From positions 3,700-67,699 of the forward strand of contig CAOJZZ010000002.1 of NCBI GenBank assembly GCA_948466315.1: a stretch of 64,000 nucleotides of DNA. Reading direction: 5' to 3'. The notes beneath the pieces were generated by a model. It was not told the origin of the DNA. It did not search any database and saw only the letters and a program-made list of their open reading frames with translations. The stretch's first letter is position 1, and each line of letters begins with the position of its first letter. The translations under genes were made by a program, and so were the position numbers. Positions 12,785 through 23,595 of the stretch are shown one piece after another. This DNA is from an uncultured Mycoplasmatota bacterium (GTDB lineage Bacteria; Bacillota_I; Bacilli_A; RF39; UBA660).

Positions 12785-14596
12785 ATGGAAAAGAGAAATG
12801 TAGCAATTATTGCTCATGTGGATCATGGAAAGACGACTTTAGTAGATGGAATATTGAAACATTCTGGTATGTTTAGAGATAATGAAGATATGTCAATGGT
12901 ATCAATGGACTCTAACACTTTAGAAAAAGAAAGAGGTATTACTATTTTAGCTAAAACTACAGCTCTTGATTATCAGGGTGTAAGAATCAATATTTTAGAT
13001 ACGCCTGGTCATGCTGATTTTGGTGGTGAAGTAGAGCGTATTATGAATATGGTTGATGGTGTTTTATTAGTAGTAGATGCTTATGAAGGTGCTATGCCAC
13101 AGACTAGGTTTGTTTTAAAAAAGGCTTTTGAGGCTAAAGTGAAACCTATTGTAGTAATTAATAAAGTAGATAAACCAAGTGCTAGATGTGGTCAGGTTGT
13201 TGATGAAGTACTTGATCTATTTATTGAATTAGGTGCAGATGAAAATCAATTAGATTTTAAAGTTATTTATGCTTCTGCTATTAATGGAACTTGTTCATTT
13301 AGTGATGATTTAAGTACTCAAACATTAGGTTTTAATGAAATTTTGGATACTATTTTACAAGAAATTCCTGCTCCAATTGGAGAAATTGGTGCTCCTTTAC
13401 AATTTCAACCAGCTTTGCTTGATTATAATGATTTTGTTGGTAGAATTGGAATTGGTCGTATACATAATGGGAAAATAAGAACTGGTGAAATGGTTAATTG
13501 TTGTCGGCTTGATGGTACTACAAAGCAATTTAGAATTCAGAAATTATTTGGTTTTTATGGCTATAAAAAAATTGAGATTGATGAGGCAGAAGCAGGTGAT
13601 ATTGTTGCGATTGCTGGTCTTTCTGATATTTCAGTTGGTGAAACTATTTGTAATATGAATAGTGTTTTACCGTTACCACAATTGCATATTGATGAGCCAA
13701 CCTTACAAATGACTATTGGTACTAATTCTTCTCCTTTTGTAGGAAAGGACGGAAAAATTGTTACTGCTAGAAAAATAGAGGAGAGATTGATTCGTGAGAC
13801 ACAAAGAGATGTTAGTTTGAAAGTAGAGCCAGCTTCCAATGAGTCTTTCTTAGTTAATGGCCGAGGTGAATTACATTTAGGTATTCTTATTGAGAATATG
13901 AGACGTGAGGGATTTGAATTAGAGGTATCAAAACCTAAAGTAATAATAAAAGAAGAAAATGGTCAAAAATTCGAGCCATATGAAGAATTACAAATAGAAG
14001 TTCCAGAGGAGTCAGTCGGTTCTGTTATTGAGCAATTAGGAGTACGTGGTGGAAAGATGGAAAATATGACTAATTTTGAAAATCAAGTTCGTTTATTATA
14101 TACTATTCCTTCACGTGGTTTGATTGGTTTTGCTACTGAATTTATGACATTAACTAAAGGTTATGGTATTATGAATCATACTTTTAAAGAATATTTACCT
14201 TATGAAAATGTTATTATTGGAGAAAGAAAACTTGGAGTATTGGTTTCAATGGAAAACGGTTCAGCTACTGCATATTCTATTGGTAATTTGGAAGATCGTG
14301 GTGTGATGTTTATTGAACCTGGTACAGAAGTGTATGAAGGTATGATTGTTGGTGAGTGTAATCGTGATAATGATTTGGCGGTTAATGTTGTTAAGGGAAA
14401 GCAACTTACTAATACTAGGGCTTCTGGTTCTGACCATACTGTTGTTTTGAAAAGACCAAGAGCTATTTCTTTAGAATATGCACTAGATTATATAAATTCA
14501 GATGAGTTGGTAGAAGTTACACCTAATAATATTAGAATACGTAAGAGAATTTTGAATACTGAAGAGAGAAAAAAATTTGATGCAAAAAATAGATAG
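12785..14596 (+). CDS. typA: Translational GTPase TypA/BipA
   Basis: AIIAHVDHGKTTL, DTPGHADF and NKVD G-motifs; EF-G-like domains; ~600 aa. The second ATG is preferred for RBS spacing. Confidence 0.9.
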   Translation: MEKRNVAIIAHVDHGKTTLVDGILKHSGMFRDNEDMSMVSMDSNTLEKERGITILAKTTALDYQGVRINILDTPGHADFGGEVERIMNMVDGVLLVVDAYEGAMPQTRFVLKKAFEAKVKPIVVINKVDKPSARCGQVVDEVLDLFIELGADENQLDFKVIYASAINGTCSFSDDLSTQTLGFNEILDTILQEIPAPIGEIGAPLQFQPALLDYNDFVGRIGIGRIHNGKIRTGEMVNCCRLDGTTKQFRIQKLFGFYGYKKIEIDEAEAGDIVAIAGLSDISVGETICNMNSVLPLPQLHIDEPTLQMTIGTNSSPFVGKDGKIVTARKIEERLIRETQRDVSLKVEPASNESFLVNGRGELHLGILIENMRREGFELEVSKPKVIIKEENGQKFEPYEELQIEVPEESVGSVIEQLGVRGGKMENMTNFENQVRLLYTIPSRGLIGFATEFMTLTKGYGIMNHTFKEYLPYENVIIGERKLGVLVSMENGSATAYSIGNLEDRGVMFIEPGTEVYEGMIVGECNRDNDLAVNVVKGKQLTNTRASGSDHTVVLKRPRAISLEYALDYINSDELVEVTPNNIRIRKRILNTEERKKFDAKNR

Positions 14597-14603
14597 TGTA
14601 AAG

Positions 14604-14629
14604 ACAACTACAAATTAGTTGTTTTTTTC
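14604..14629 (+). terminator. Rho-independent terminator after typA
   Basis: Stem acaacta / tagttgt with a 5-nt loop, followed by a T7 run. Confidence 0.65.
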
Positions 14630-14683
14630 TTTGATAAATAAAAATTGTTTGTTATAATATTAGATAAGGATAGGGGTGTGATT

Positions 14684-15460
14684 ATGAATCAAAATAATAA
14701 CAATAACCAAAATCTAAATCCTAATGTAGGTCAAAATATGGGGCAGGCTCCTAATGTTTCTATGGGTATGGGTCCTAGTCAAGGTATGAATACTGAAGGG
14801 GCTAATATGACTCCTTCTGTGCAGACTACACAAGAAAATTTGACAAAAACTCAAGTATTAAATCTTAATGATGTAGAGAAAAGTGCTAAAGATAATAAGG
14901 ATAATAAAAAAACGGTTATGATTATTGCTTTTGTTGGAGTGTTTGCGATTGTTGCTGGTTTAATATCTCAGTTTGTTTTTTCTGGTTCTGATGAAGAGGA
15001 TAATAAACCAAGTAAAAGTAATGTAGCTGATAAAAATGACAAAAAAAACCAAGAGAGTAATACTCTTGTTTGTTCATTAGAACAAATGGGAAATGCTGAC
15101 GGAACAGATACAACTACAAGTTTAAGTTTTGTATTTAATGAGAGAAAATTACAAAATTACTCTAAAACTTTAGCCGTTAATCCTACAGCTGGAAATGAAA
15201 ATGGTGTATTAGCTATACAATATTTGTTTACTAATTATAAGCAGTATGAAACTATACCAATTAATGGTTATACTATTATTACAGAACAAAGGGGTACAGG
15301 TATACAATCTAGTGTGAATATTGATTTGACAGTTCTAGATAAGAATACGTTAACAGATGCTCATAGACAAAATGGTTTTACTAATGTAGAGTTTAATTTA
15401 GATGAGGAAAAAGAGATGATTAAAGATAATCTTGTTGGACTTGGTTACAGTTGTCAATAG
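14684..15460 (+). CDS. Hypothetical single-pass membrane protein with N/Q/M-rich N-terminus
   Basis: AGGGGTG RBS before the ATG at 14684. Low-complexity head (NQNNNNNQNLNPNVGQNMGQ), TM segment MIIAFVGVFAIVAGLISQFVF, globular C-terminal domain. Confidence 0.5.
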   Translation: MNQNNNNNQNLNPNVGQNMGQAPNVSMGMGPSQGMNTEGANMTPSVQTTQENLTKTQVLNLNDVEKSAKDNKDNKKTVMIIAFVGVFAIVAGLISQFVFSGSDEEDNKPSKSNVADKNDKKNQESNTLVCSLEQMGNADGTDTTTSLSFVFNERKLQNYSKTLAVNPTAGNENGVLAIQYLFTNYKQYETIPINGYTIITEQRGTGIQSSVNIDLTVLDKNTLTDAHRQNGFTNVEFNLDEEKEMIKDNLVGLGYSCQ

Positions 15461-15594
15461 GGTGTTGTTTTTAAATTCTTGATGATGTTGAATAGAATAG
15501 AGAACATTTTTCTTTAAAAAATTGGTAAAAGATATTAAATTAGAGTACAATACTAATCTAAATTATTTGATATATATAATGTTTTAATAGGAAA

Positions 15595-15620
15595 TAAAAA
15601 AGTTGCATAATTTATGCAGC
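15595..15620 (-). terminator. Probable terminator overlapping the rpmB stop
   Basis: On the minus strand: gctgcata..tatgcaac hairpin (7 of 8 bp) followed by a T run. Confidence 0.4.
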
Positions 15621-15794
15621 TTTTTCACCTTTTAACATAGTTCTTTTTTCTTTAGCAGATATTCTAACTTTAGTACCATCAGCAAGTCTGTATACTTGTA
15701 AGTTTAGGCGTTGGGTACTATTTGTTGTATTTAAAGCATGTGAACGAATTCTTTTTCTTTTATTAGGCTTTCTTGTACTTACATTTATTGCCAT
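15612..15794 (-). CDS. rpmB: 50S ribosomal protein L28
   Basis: 60-aa basic protein MAINVSTRKPNKRKRIRSHALNTTNSTQRLNLQVYRL..VRISAKEKRTM with AAGGAGG RBS. The ORF-track start at 15842 is an upstream extension. Confidence 0.75.
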   Translation of the reverse strand: MAINVSTRKPNKRKRIRSHALNTTNSTQRLNLQVYRLADGTKVRISAKEKRTMLKGEKAA

Positions 15795-16344
15795 AAAGTT
15801 TTCCTCCTTTGTTTTTTTCTTTCTGATTACTAAGTCTAGCACAAAAATAAATGAAAGTCAAATAATCGTTTGTAAATATTTAGGAATTATAACTGTAAAA
15901 AGTCTATTTCTATTAGAAAATTGAAAGTTATTTGGAACTTAGTAATTATAATAAATTTATTTTTTTATATTTTAGTGTATAATTTCTTGAGGTTTTGTTT
16001 CGAATTAAATTGAAAATTTAGGTTAAATTCATGAAATAATAAATCCTTATAAGCTCACAATAAATGACTTATTTTACAAAAGATTTATAATACAATAATC
16101 TTGAAAATTAGAACTATATAAAATATATAATTTATTTATATTGATTATTTTGAAAACTTTTGTTTTCTATAAATAGATACCTTGCTTTTGTATAGGTAAT
16201 TGTTTTGTGGATGATTGAGACTTGTCTGTAGGTGGTTGACAATAGAACAAATGTATTATATATTTAAATTATCTTGATTAGTTAAATTGCTATTTCACTG
16301 TTTAATATTTATGATAAAATATATAATTAAAGGAGGAATGATTT

Positions 16345-19299
16345 ATGTATATACCTTTATTTAATAAAAGTAATTATTCCTTACTTTCTAGTCTATTAAA
16401 AATTGATGATTTAATTAATTATGCTAAGAATAATAATATTTCTAGTGTTGCGATAGCTGATGTCAATATGTATGGAACAATGGAATTTATTCATAAGTGT
16501 AAAGACAATGGATTAAAGCCAATTATTGGACTAACAATTGTTTTAGAAGAAATGCAAGTAGTTTTATATGCTAAAGATTACTTAGGATATCAGAGTTTGA
16601 TAAAGTTATCTACTATTCAAAATGAACGATTAGTAATAGAACAAGAACTACTTTTGTATAATAAAAATGTAATAGCAATAGTTCCATATGATTATATTCA
16701 GTGTTATAAAAAATTGACATCAATATATGATGATATTTATTTAGGATATACAAATAAAAAAGAAGAGGCAGAAGTTTCAGCTATTACTGATAAAATTGTG
16801 TTTTTTAGAGAAAGTCTATATCTTTTTAAAAGTGATATGGATATTTTACCATATTTGTATCGAATTCGTGATGGTAAAACTATTAGTGAAGATGTTTTCT
16901 ATGATGTATTTAATCATGAGTTGAAAATAGCAAATATTTTAGATTTATCAGATAATGTTGGTTTAATAAATACCTTAAAAATAAGTAATGCTTGTAATTT
17001 GGAGTTTCCAAAGACTGAAAGTTTATTGCCAATTTATGAATGTGATGATCCTGTTAAATATTTATTTGAACTTTGTAAAGTAGGTTTAACTAAAAGACTT
17101 GGTGGCGTTATTTCTAAGGAGTATCAGAATAGATTAAGTTATGAACTTAAAATTATTACAGAAATGGGTTTTGCTAATTATTTTTTAGTAGTTTATGATT
17201 TTATAAAGTTTGCTAAAAAAAATAAAATTTTGGTAGGTCCTGGTAGAGGGAGTGCAGCAGGGTCACTTGTTGCATATTCTTTAGGAATAACTGATATTGA
17301 TCCATTAGAATATGATTTATTATTTGAACGTTTTCTTAATCCAGAACGTATGACTATGCCTGATATTGATACTGATTTTCCTGATGATCGTCGAGAAGAA
17401 GTTATACAATATGTTGTTTCTAAATATGGTAAGAAAAGAGTCTGTGGGATTGTTACTTTTGGAACGATGGGAGCGAAGCAAGTTATTAGAGATGTTTCAA
17501 GAGTATTAAATATTCCTATATATAAAGTAGATTCTTTGTGTAGATTCATACCAGGATATACTAAAGATAAATTAAATGATTTTTATATGAAAAATTCAGC
17601 ATTTAAGAGTAAAATTGATAGTGATATGGCGTTAACTGATATGTTTAGAATTGCTTTAAGACTTGAAGGATATCCTAGGCATACATCTTCTCATGCTGCT
17701 GGAATTATTATGAGTCAAGTTGATTTAGATGAAGTGATTCCTTTAACAGTAGGAGATGATATGTATTTAACTAGTTATACAATGGAATATTTAGAAGAAT
17801 TAGGTTTGTTAAAAATGGATTTTTTAGGATTGAAGAATCTGACTATTATTAATAATATTTTAACAGATATAAAAGAGCATACTGGAGAAGTAGTAGAATT
17901 TTCTAAAATACCATTAGATGATAAAGAATCTTTAACGATATTTGAAACTGCTAATACTAGTGGTATTTTTCAATTTGAATCTGTTGGTATGAGGAACTTT
18001 TTAAGAAGACTTAAACCTAACTGTTTTGAAGATATTTTTGCTGCTATTGCCTTATTTAGACCAGGTCCAGCTATTAATATTGATAGCTATATTAAAAGAA
18101 AGCATGGAGAAGAAAGAATTACTTATTTAGATCCTTCTTTGGAACCTATTTTAAAAAATACATATGGAATTTTTATTTACCAAGAACAAGTTATGCAATT
18201 AGCAAGTATTTATGCTAACTATTCATTGGGAGAAGCTGATATTCTCAGAAGAGCAATGAGTAAGAAAAAGGTAGATCTTTTGAAAAATGAGGAAGAAAAA
18301 TTTATTACTAAAAGTATGAAAAATAATCATACATATGAACATGCTAAACATATTTTTGATTTGGTTTTGAATTTTGCAGGTTTTGGTTTTAATAGGTCTC
18401 ATTCTGTTGCTTATGCTTTAATCGCTTATAAAATGGCTTATTTAAAAAGTCATTATAAAACTCTTTTTTTTGCTAATCTTTTAACTAATACTATTGGAAG
18501 TGAGACTAAAACACATGAATATATTATGGAAGCTAAAGCTAACAAAATAGAAGTAATTAAACCAACTATTAATGAAAGTGAAAATCGTTATATTGTAAAA
18601 AACAATAAAATAATTTATCCTATTTCTAATATAAAATCTATAGGAACAGTAGTTTCTAATATGATAAAGAAAGCAAGAGATAAAGGGATATTTAGCGACA
18701 TTTATGATTGTTTTAGTCGATTATATATAGAAGGTGTTGGTAAAAAAACACTAGAAGTATTAATTCATGCAAACGTTTTTTGTGAATTTGGATTTAATAG
18801 AGCTACACTTATTTATAATTTAGATAGTTTATTTAATTATGCAGAATTAACAAAAGATATTGATCCATCTTTGGTTATGAAACCAGATATAGAAAGGCAA
18901 GAAGAATACTCAAATAGTTACTTATTAGAAAAAGAAAAAGAAGTATTCGGATTTTACTTATCTTCTCACCCTGTTACTATGTATATAAAAGATAATCCTT
19001 ATTGTATTTTGTTAAATCAAGTAGAAAATTATTTTTCTAAGACAGTTGATACTTTAATTTTAGTGGAAAAAATAAAAGTTATTAATACTAAAAAAGGAGA
19101 AAAAATGGCTTTTATTACAGGGAGTGATGAGACTGGTACTATGGAATATATTTTATTTCCAAAGACTTATTCTAATTATAGTTTTATAGAGAGAGGATAT
19201 TTATTAAAAATTAGAGGAGTTGTAGAGAAAAGACTTAATCAATGGCAAATTATTATATCTAAAATTAAAAATTTAAAGGGAGAAAATGAGAATGAATAA
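16345..19299 (+). CDS. dnaE: DNA polymerase III alpha subunit, DnaE type
   Basis: N-terminal PHP domain, polymerase core (GRGSAAGSLVAYSLGITDIDP, PDIDTDF, FESVGMR, RPGP), C-terminal OB fold. 984 aa, no internal exonuclease domain. Confidence 0.9.
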   Translation: MYIPLFNKSNYSLLSSLLKIDDLINYAKNNNISSVAIADVNMYGTMEFIHKCKDNGLKPIIGLTIVLEEMQVVLYAKDYLGYQSLIKLSTIQNERLVIEQELLLYNKNVIAIVPYDYIQCYKKLTSIYDDIYLGYTNKKEEAEVSAITDKIVFFRESLYLFKSDMDILPYLYRIRDGKTISEDVFYDVFNHELKIANILDLSDNVGLINTLKISNACNLEFPKTESLLPIYECDDPVKYLFELCKVGLTKRLGGVISKEYQNRLSYELKIITEMGFANYFLVVYDFIKFAKKNKILVGPGRGSAAGSLVAYSLGITDIDPLEYDLLFERFLNPERMTMPDIDTDFPDDRREEVIQYVVSKYGKKRVCGIVTFGTMGAKQVIRDVSRVLNIPIYKVDSLCRFIPGYTKDKLNDFYMKNSAFKSKIDSDMALTDMFRIALRLEGYPRHTSSHAAGIIMSQVDLDEVIPLTVGDDMYLTSYTMEYLEELGLLKMDFLGLKNLTIINNILTDIKEHTGEVVEFSKIPLDDKESLTIFETANTSGIFQFESVGMRNFLRRLKPNCFEDIFAAIALFRPGPAINIDSYIKRKHGEERITYLDPSLEPILKNTYGIFIYQEQVMQLASIYANYSLGEADILRRAMSKKKVDLLKNEEEKFITKSMKNNHTYEHAKHIFDLVLNFAGFGFNRSHSVAYALIAYKMAYLKSHYKTLFFANLLTNTIGSETKTHEYIMEAKANKIEVIKPTINESENRYIVKNNKIIYPISNIKSIGTVVSNMIKKARDKGIFSDIYDCFSRLYIEGVGKKTLEVLIHANVFCEFGFNRATLIYNLDSLFNYAELTKDIDPSLVMKPDIERQEEYSNSYLLEKEKEVFGFYLSSHPVTMYIKDNPYCILLNQVENYFSKTVDTLILVEKIKVINTKKGEKMAFITGSDETGTMEYILFPKTYSNYSFIERGYLLKIRGVVEKRLNQWQIIISKIKNLKGENENE

Positions 19300-19789
19300 G
19301 ATAAAAAAGAATAAATATAAAGAAAAAATCTATAGTATTGCTTGTATTTTTCTTATTATTGATCAAATTATAAAACTTCTTGTAAGAGTGAAAATGAATT
19401 TATTAGATTCTATTAGTATAATTCCTTCTTTTTTCTCTTTATATTATGTAGAAAACGAAGGGGCTGCTTTTTCTATTTTACAGAATAAGACTATTTTATT
19501 AATTGTTATTGGGATATTGTGTCTTTATATGATGGCTAAATATATAGAAAAAGAACAGCAGTATACTAAAATTACTTTAATTTCTCTTGGTATTATTATT
19601 GGTGGAATGATAGGTAATTTGATTGATAGATTGTTGTATCAGAAAGTTACAGATTATTTGTCTTTTACTATTTTTGATTATAATTTTCCAGTTTTTAATT
19701 TGGCTGATATAGGTATAACTGTTGGAGTAGTACTATTTGTTTTAGATAATATTATTCAAGAAATAAAAGAAAGAAAAATTAAGTTTTAA
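19286..19789 (+). CDS. lspA: Lipoprotein signal peptidase II
   Basis: Four TM segments; conserved NEGAAFS and FNLADIGITVG motifs. Confidence 0.85.
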   Translation: MRMNKIKKNKYKEKIYSIACIFLIIDQIIKLLVRVKMNLLDSISIIPSFFSLYYVENEGAAFSILQNKTILLIVIGILCLYMMAKYIEKEQQYTKITLISLGIIIGGMIGNLIDRLLYQKVTDYLSFTIFDYNFPVFNLADIGITVGVVLFVLDNIIQEIKERKIKF

Positions 19790-19875
19790 TTTTGAATGAT
19801 TGAAAGTTTAAGATAATATATTTATAATATAAATATATTTGATTTTATAAATGTAATTGGTGGGAAGGAGTTTTT

Positions 19876-20754
19876 ATGATAAGAGTAGAGGAAGATGAGA
19901 ATGGTAGAATAGATGTTTATTTGGCTTCTAAATTGAATGTTTCTCGTAGTAAGATTCAGAAACTTCTTAAAAATAAGCTTGTTATTGTTAATGGTAAGAA
20001 TGTTTCTAGTAGTTATCAAGTTAAGATTATGGATGAGATAGAGGTTAATGATTCATCCTCTGAGGAGATTGATATTATACCAGAGAATATTGAACTTGAT
20101 GTAGTATATGAAGATGAGTACTTATTGGTTATTAATAAAGCTAGTGGAATGGTTGTGCATCCTGCACCTGGTCATTATACTAATACTTTAGTGAATGCTT
20201 TATTATATAGATTTAATATTTCTAGTAGAGATAATATTAGACCAGGGATTGTTCATCGTTTAGATAAAGATACTAGTGGGTTAATGTTGGTAGCTAAAAA
20301 TGATATTGTTCATGAGAAATTAGCTGATATGATTAAAAATAAAGAGGTAGAAAAACATTATTTGGCAATTGTTTGGGGGAAGTTTGATCATTTATCTGGT
20401 ACAATAGATGCGCCTATTGGAAGAGATTTTAATGATAGACAAAAGATGACTGTTACTGATAAAAATAGTAAAGAGGCTATTACTCATTTTAAGGTATTAG
20501 AACAGTTTGAAAATAATGCTTTATTAGAATGTATATTAGAAACAGGGAGAACTCATCAAATAAGGGTTCATTTAGCATACATTAATCATCCTATTGTTAA
20601 TGATCCTGTTTATGGTAAGAAAAAGGCTAATGATTTTGGACAAATGTTACACTCTACTAGTATAAAATTTGTACATCCTATTACTAAAGAAGAATTATTT
20701 TTTAGAGTAGATCCTCCAGTAGAATTTCAAAATATGCTTTATAGTTTGAGATAA
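19876..20754 (+). CDS. rluD: RluA-family 23S rRNA pseudouridine synthase (RluD-like)
   Basis: N-terminal S4 domain, catalytic HRLDKDTSGL, GRTHQIRVH. Confidence 0.8.
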   Translation: MIRVEEDENGRIDVYLASKLNVSRSKIQKLLKNKLVIVNGKNVSSSYQVKIMDEIEVNDSSSEEIDIIPENIELDVVYEDEYLLVINKASGMVVHPAPGHYTNTLVNALLYRFNISSRDNIRPGIVHRLDKDTSGLMLVAKNDIVHEKLADMIKNKEVEKHYLAIVWGKFDHLSGTIDAPIGRDFNDRQKMTVTDKNSKEAITHFKVLEQFENNALLECILETGRTHQIRVHLAYINHPIVNDPVYGKKKANDFGQMLHSTSIKFVHPITKEELFFRVDPPVEFQNMLYSLR

Positions 20755-21081
20755 AAAATATTAGTTAATTTTATTTGTAAAGCTTTTAGATATTATTTAA
20801 TATTAATGCTAGGTGTAGTGTTAATCTTATGATTATGTAAATTTGAGTTCTGGTAAAATTTAATAGATTTGTTGAAATATAAATCTAAAATCAACATTTA
20901 TACTAAACAATAAGATTTTACTAATTTTTATTGATATTTTATGGTATAAAATAGAAATTTTGATAAAAAATGCTAAAACTCAAATATGTAAAATATTGTA
21001 TTATCTATTATTTTATGTTAGGATAGATTATTGACTGAGGGAAGTTTCCTTAAAATAAAAGTATGAAAGGATTGTTTATTT

Positions 21082-21732
21082 ATGACAGATACAAAATTAT
21101 CTAATATAATTTTACTTGCTGATGATAGTAGATTAAATGGGGGAAAGTTAAAAAAAATTTGTGATAAAATGTGTGATATAATTGATAGAGATGATGAAAG
21201 AATGAGACGAGTAAGTATCGGAAGAGCTATTGATTTTTCTAGATTTTGTGTTCTTGGTATAAGAGGAGTTTATCATGAATGTATAGATTTTAAGATAAAG
21301 GAGAAAGTGGCTACAAAATTATTTGGTGTTTCAAGAGACAAAGTAACTGGTAATTTGGCAACTTTTATTCATTCTGAACAAAATTTTTCTATTTTGGTTG
21401 ATGATATACGTTATGGAGCTGAGATTTCTAAGAAAAAATTAGAACATTTAAAAGCAATTTGGGGTAGTGTAGATTTGTGTGCTTTGGATGATTTAAAATA
21501 TCTTCAAAAATTGAAGGTAGTAATGGGAGATATTCGTATGTCTAGTAAGAATAGAAATTTGGATATGTTAAATAATTTAGAAGTTGTAACTGGTAATGTT
21601 TATGCAGATGGTGTAGATGGAATGTTAACTTTGCCTAATCTTAAATATGTTGGTGGTAACATTTATAACAATGGTAATGTTTATACATTAGATGGATTGA
21701 AAAATGATAAAAAGCAATTTGTAAAAAAATAA
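21082..21732 (+). CDS. Hypothetical protein (C-terminal half looks leucine-rich-repeat-like)
   Basis: ORF with RBS. Repeated LxxLxxV/I..GN patterns (LKYLQKLKVVMGDI, LNNLEVVTGNV, LPNLKYVGGNI). Confidence 0.35.
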   Translation: MTDTKLSNIILLADDSRLNGGKLKKICDKMCDIIDRDDERMRRVSIGRAIDFSRFCVLGIRGVYHECIDFKIKEKVATKLFGVSRDKVTGNLATFIHSEQNFSILVDDIRYGAEISKKKLEHLKAIWGSVDLCALDDLKYLQKLKVVMGDIRMSSKNRNLDMLNNLEVVTGNVYADGVDGMLTLPNLKYVGGNIYNNGNVYTLDGLKNDKKQFVKK

Positions 21733-21756
21733 AAGAGTAATTGATGAGGGATAGAT

Positions 21757-22413
21757 ATGAATGAAAAGAATAATTTAGAAATTGTTGCTAGTTTTAATAA
21801 TACCATTCCAGGTAGAATGATTCAATTTAGAGCAGCTATGAAGTTTTGGAATCGTTATCCAGGTGATACTTATTCTCATATTTCTCTTTCGCATGATGTT
21901 AAGTTGGGGAATATGATGTCATTTGCTAGAAAGGAGATTAATAATCCTTTTAATGCAGGACTTATAAAAGAGGATATTCGAACAGGGATGTTTAAACAAA
22001 ATAAGAAATATAGCAAGATAGCAGTTATGAAACTGGAAGTTACTTCTGAACAGTATGATAGAGTGTTGGAGAGAATGGAGTGGTATTGGGAACACAGAGA
22101 GGAATTTGGTTTTAATTTTGAAGGTTTGACTTCGATGTTATTTGTTGGTAAAGGAGTAGCTCCTAAAAATAAATTTTTTTGTTCACAATGGGTAGCAAGT
22201 GTATTAAAAGAATCTGGAATTGATCTTTTTGATGGTAAAGATCCAAAAGATATTAAACCATTTGATTTTTATGGTGTTTTAAAAGATCATATTATATATG
22301 AAGGGCCAACTATTGAATATCCAGAGTATTATTCGTTTAGAGATGATAAAAAAATTGAATCTTTAGATGTTAATTCAGATTTCTGTGAAAATGTATATGT
22401 ATATAAGCGTTAA
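21757..22413 (+). CDS. Hypothetical protein, possibly a permuted papain-like (YiiX/NlpC-P60 superfamily) hydrolase
   Basis: TYSHISLSHD and FFCSQWVASVLKESGIDLF resemble the His and Cys segments of that family. Weak, by eye only. Confidence 0.35.
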   Translation: MNEKNNLEIVASFNNTIPGRMIQFRAAMKFWNRYPGDTYSHISLSHDVKLGNMMSFARKEINNPFNAGLIKEDIRTGMFKQNKKYSKIAVMKLEVTSEQYDRVLERMEWYWEHREEFGFNFEGLTSMLFVGKGVAPKNKFFCSQWVASVLKESGIDLFDGKDPKDIKPFDFYGVLKDHIIYEGPTIEYPEYYSFRDDKKIESLDVNSDFCENVYVYKR

Positions 22414-22422
22414 GGAGAAAGT

Positions 22423-23397
22423 ATGCCAGGACCAAAAACTCATGATATCTTTTATAAAGAACTAAAAAATCATTTATCTAATAAAACACTTAATTCTTTT
22501 CCAAATTATGATGATTATAGATTATTTGCACAAGGACATGATTTTTTGATATATCATAATTTTTATAAGATATGGAATCAAAAATTATTAGATAGAAATA
22601 TCGAAAATTCTATTTTATTACAAGAGAATTCTTTTCCACAGTTTGTTTATAATTATTTAAATATTGCAAATAATAGTGGTGCTATTGAAGAAGAGCAAGT
22701 TCGTCTGTTTATAGGTCCAGGTTATGTTATGCATCATTTGTTAGATGCATATATACATCCGTTTATTATTTATTTAGCAGGTGATCATACTAGAGATTGT
22801 AGTAGAGATACTTGGTATCATGGAATTGCTGAAAATTTGATCGATATTTATTTAATGGAAAACAAAGAAAAAAAAGATCCAAAGTTATATCCAGTTTATA
22901 AAGATTTTAAAATGACTCATGTTCTTTCCTCTTTTCTTATAGAAACTTTAGATAAAAGTTTGTATAATACTTATCGGATTGTAGATGGTGGGGACTCTTT
23001 TGAAAGGGCAATTTTTCAAACTGAGTGGTTTATGAAATTATTGAAATATGATCCATCAGGAATAAAAATGAAATTATTTGATGCTCTTGATTCTAAATTG
23101 AAAGGAACAAGTTCTTTTTCATATCATAGAGATAGTACTGATGTTTTTGAGTATTTAAATTTAGAACATAAGATTTGGTATAATCCTATGGATGATAGTA
23201 TTGTTTCAAATGAATCTTTTTTTGATTTATATGATAAAGCTTTAAAAGAAGGAAGTTATATTGTAGATGAATTAGAGAGTATTTGTTACCATGGACAAAT
23301 TAAGAAAGATGATATTTTTTCATTAATTCCTAATATTAGTTCTTCTCACGGATTAGAATGTGGTAAGAAATTAGTAATTAAAAATCGTAAAAAATAA
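22423..23397 (+). CDS. Hypothetical protein, possibly a zinc-dependent phospholipase C-like hydrolase
   Basis: N-terminal MPGPKTHDIF and His/Asp-rich segments (HHLLDAYIHPF, WYHGIAENLID). Weak. Confidence 0.3.
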   Translation: MPGPKTHDIFYKELKNHLSNKTLNSFPNYDDYRLFAQGHDFLIYHNFYKIWNQKLLDRNIENSILLQENSFPQFVYNYLNIANNSGAIEEEQVRLFIGPGYVMHHLLDAYIHPFIIYLAGDHTRDCSRDTWYHGIAENLIDIYLMENKEKKDPKLYPVYKDFKMTHVLSSFLIETLDKSLYNTYRIVDGGDSFERAIFQTEWFMKLLKYDPSGIKMKLFDALDSKLKGTSSFSYHRDSTDVFEYLNLEHKIWYNPMDDSIVSNESFFDLYDKALKEGSYIVDELESICYHGQIKKDDIFSLIPNISSSHGLECGKKLVIKNRKK

Positions 23398-23595
23398 TTA
23401 ATTTGATTATAAATTTATATTATTTCTTTAATAAGAAGAATATATTATTGTGAATTTTATTATATAAAATTTAATATTCTTTCTTATGATAGCAGTTGAT
23501 TAGTTAGTGGAAGTATTTGGTTCAAGAAGTTGAACTTTTTTTACTTTTATTTTTTTTATCTTTGTATTATAATTATAATTAAAGTAGGTGCTAAG

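Noticed and set aside
16345-19299. Considered whether the polymerase is PolC rather than DnaE.
   Set aside because: The PHP domain is at the extreme N-terminus, there is no internal 3'-5' exonuclease insertion, and the length is 984 aa. All of this fits DnaE-type alpha subunits.
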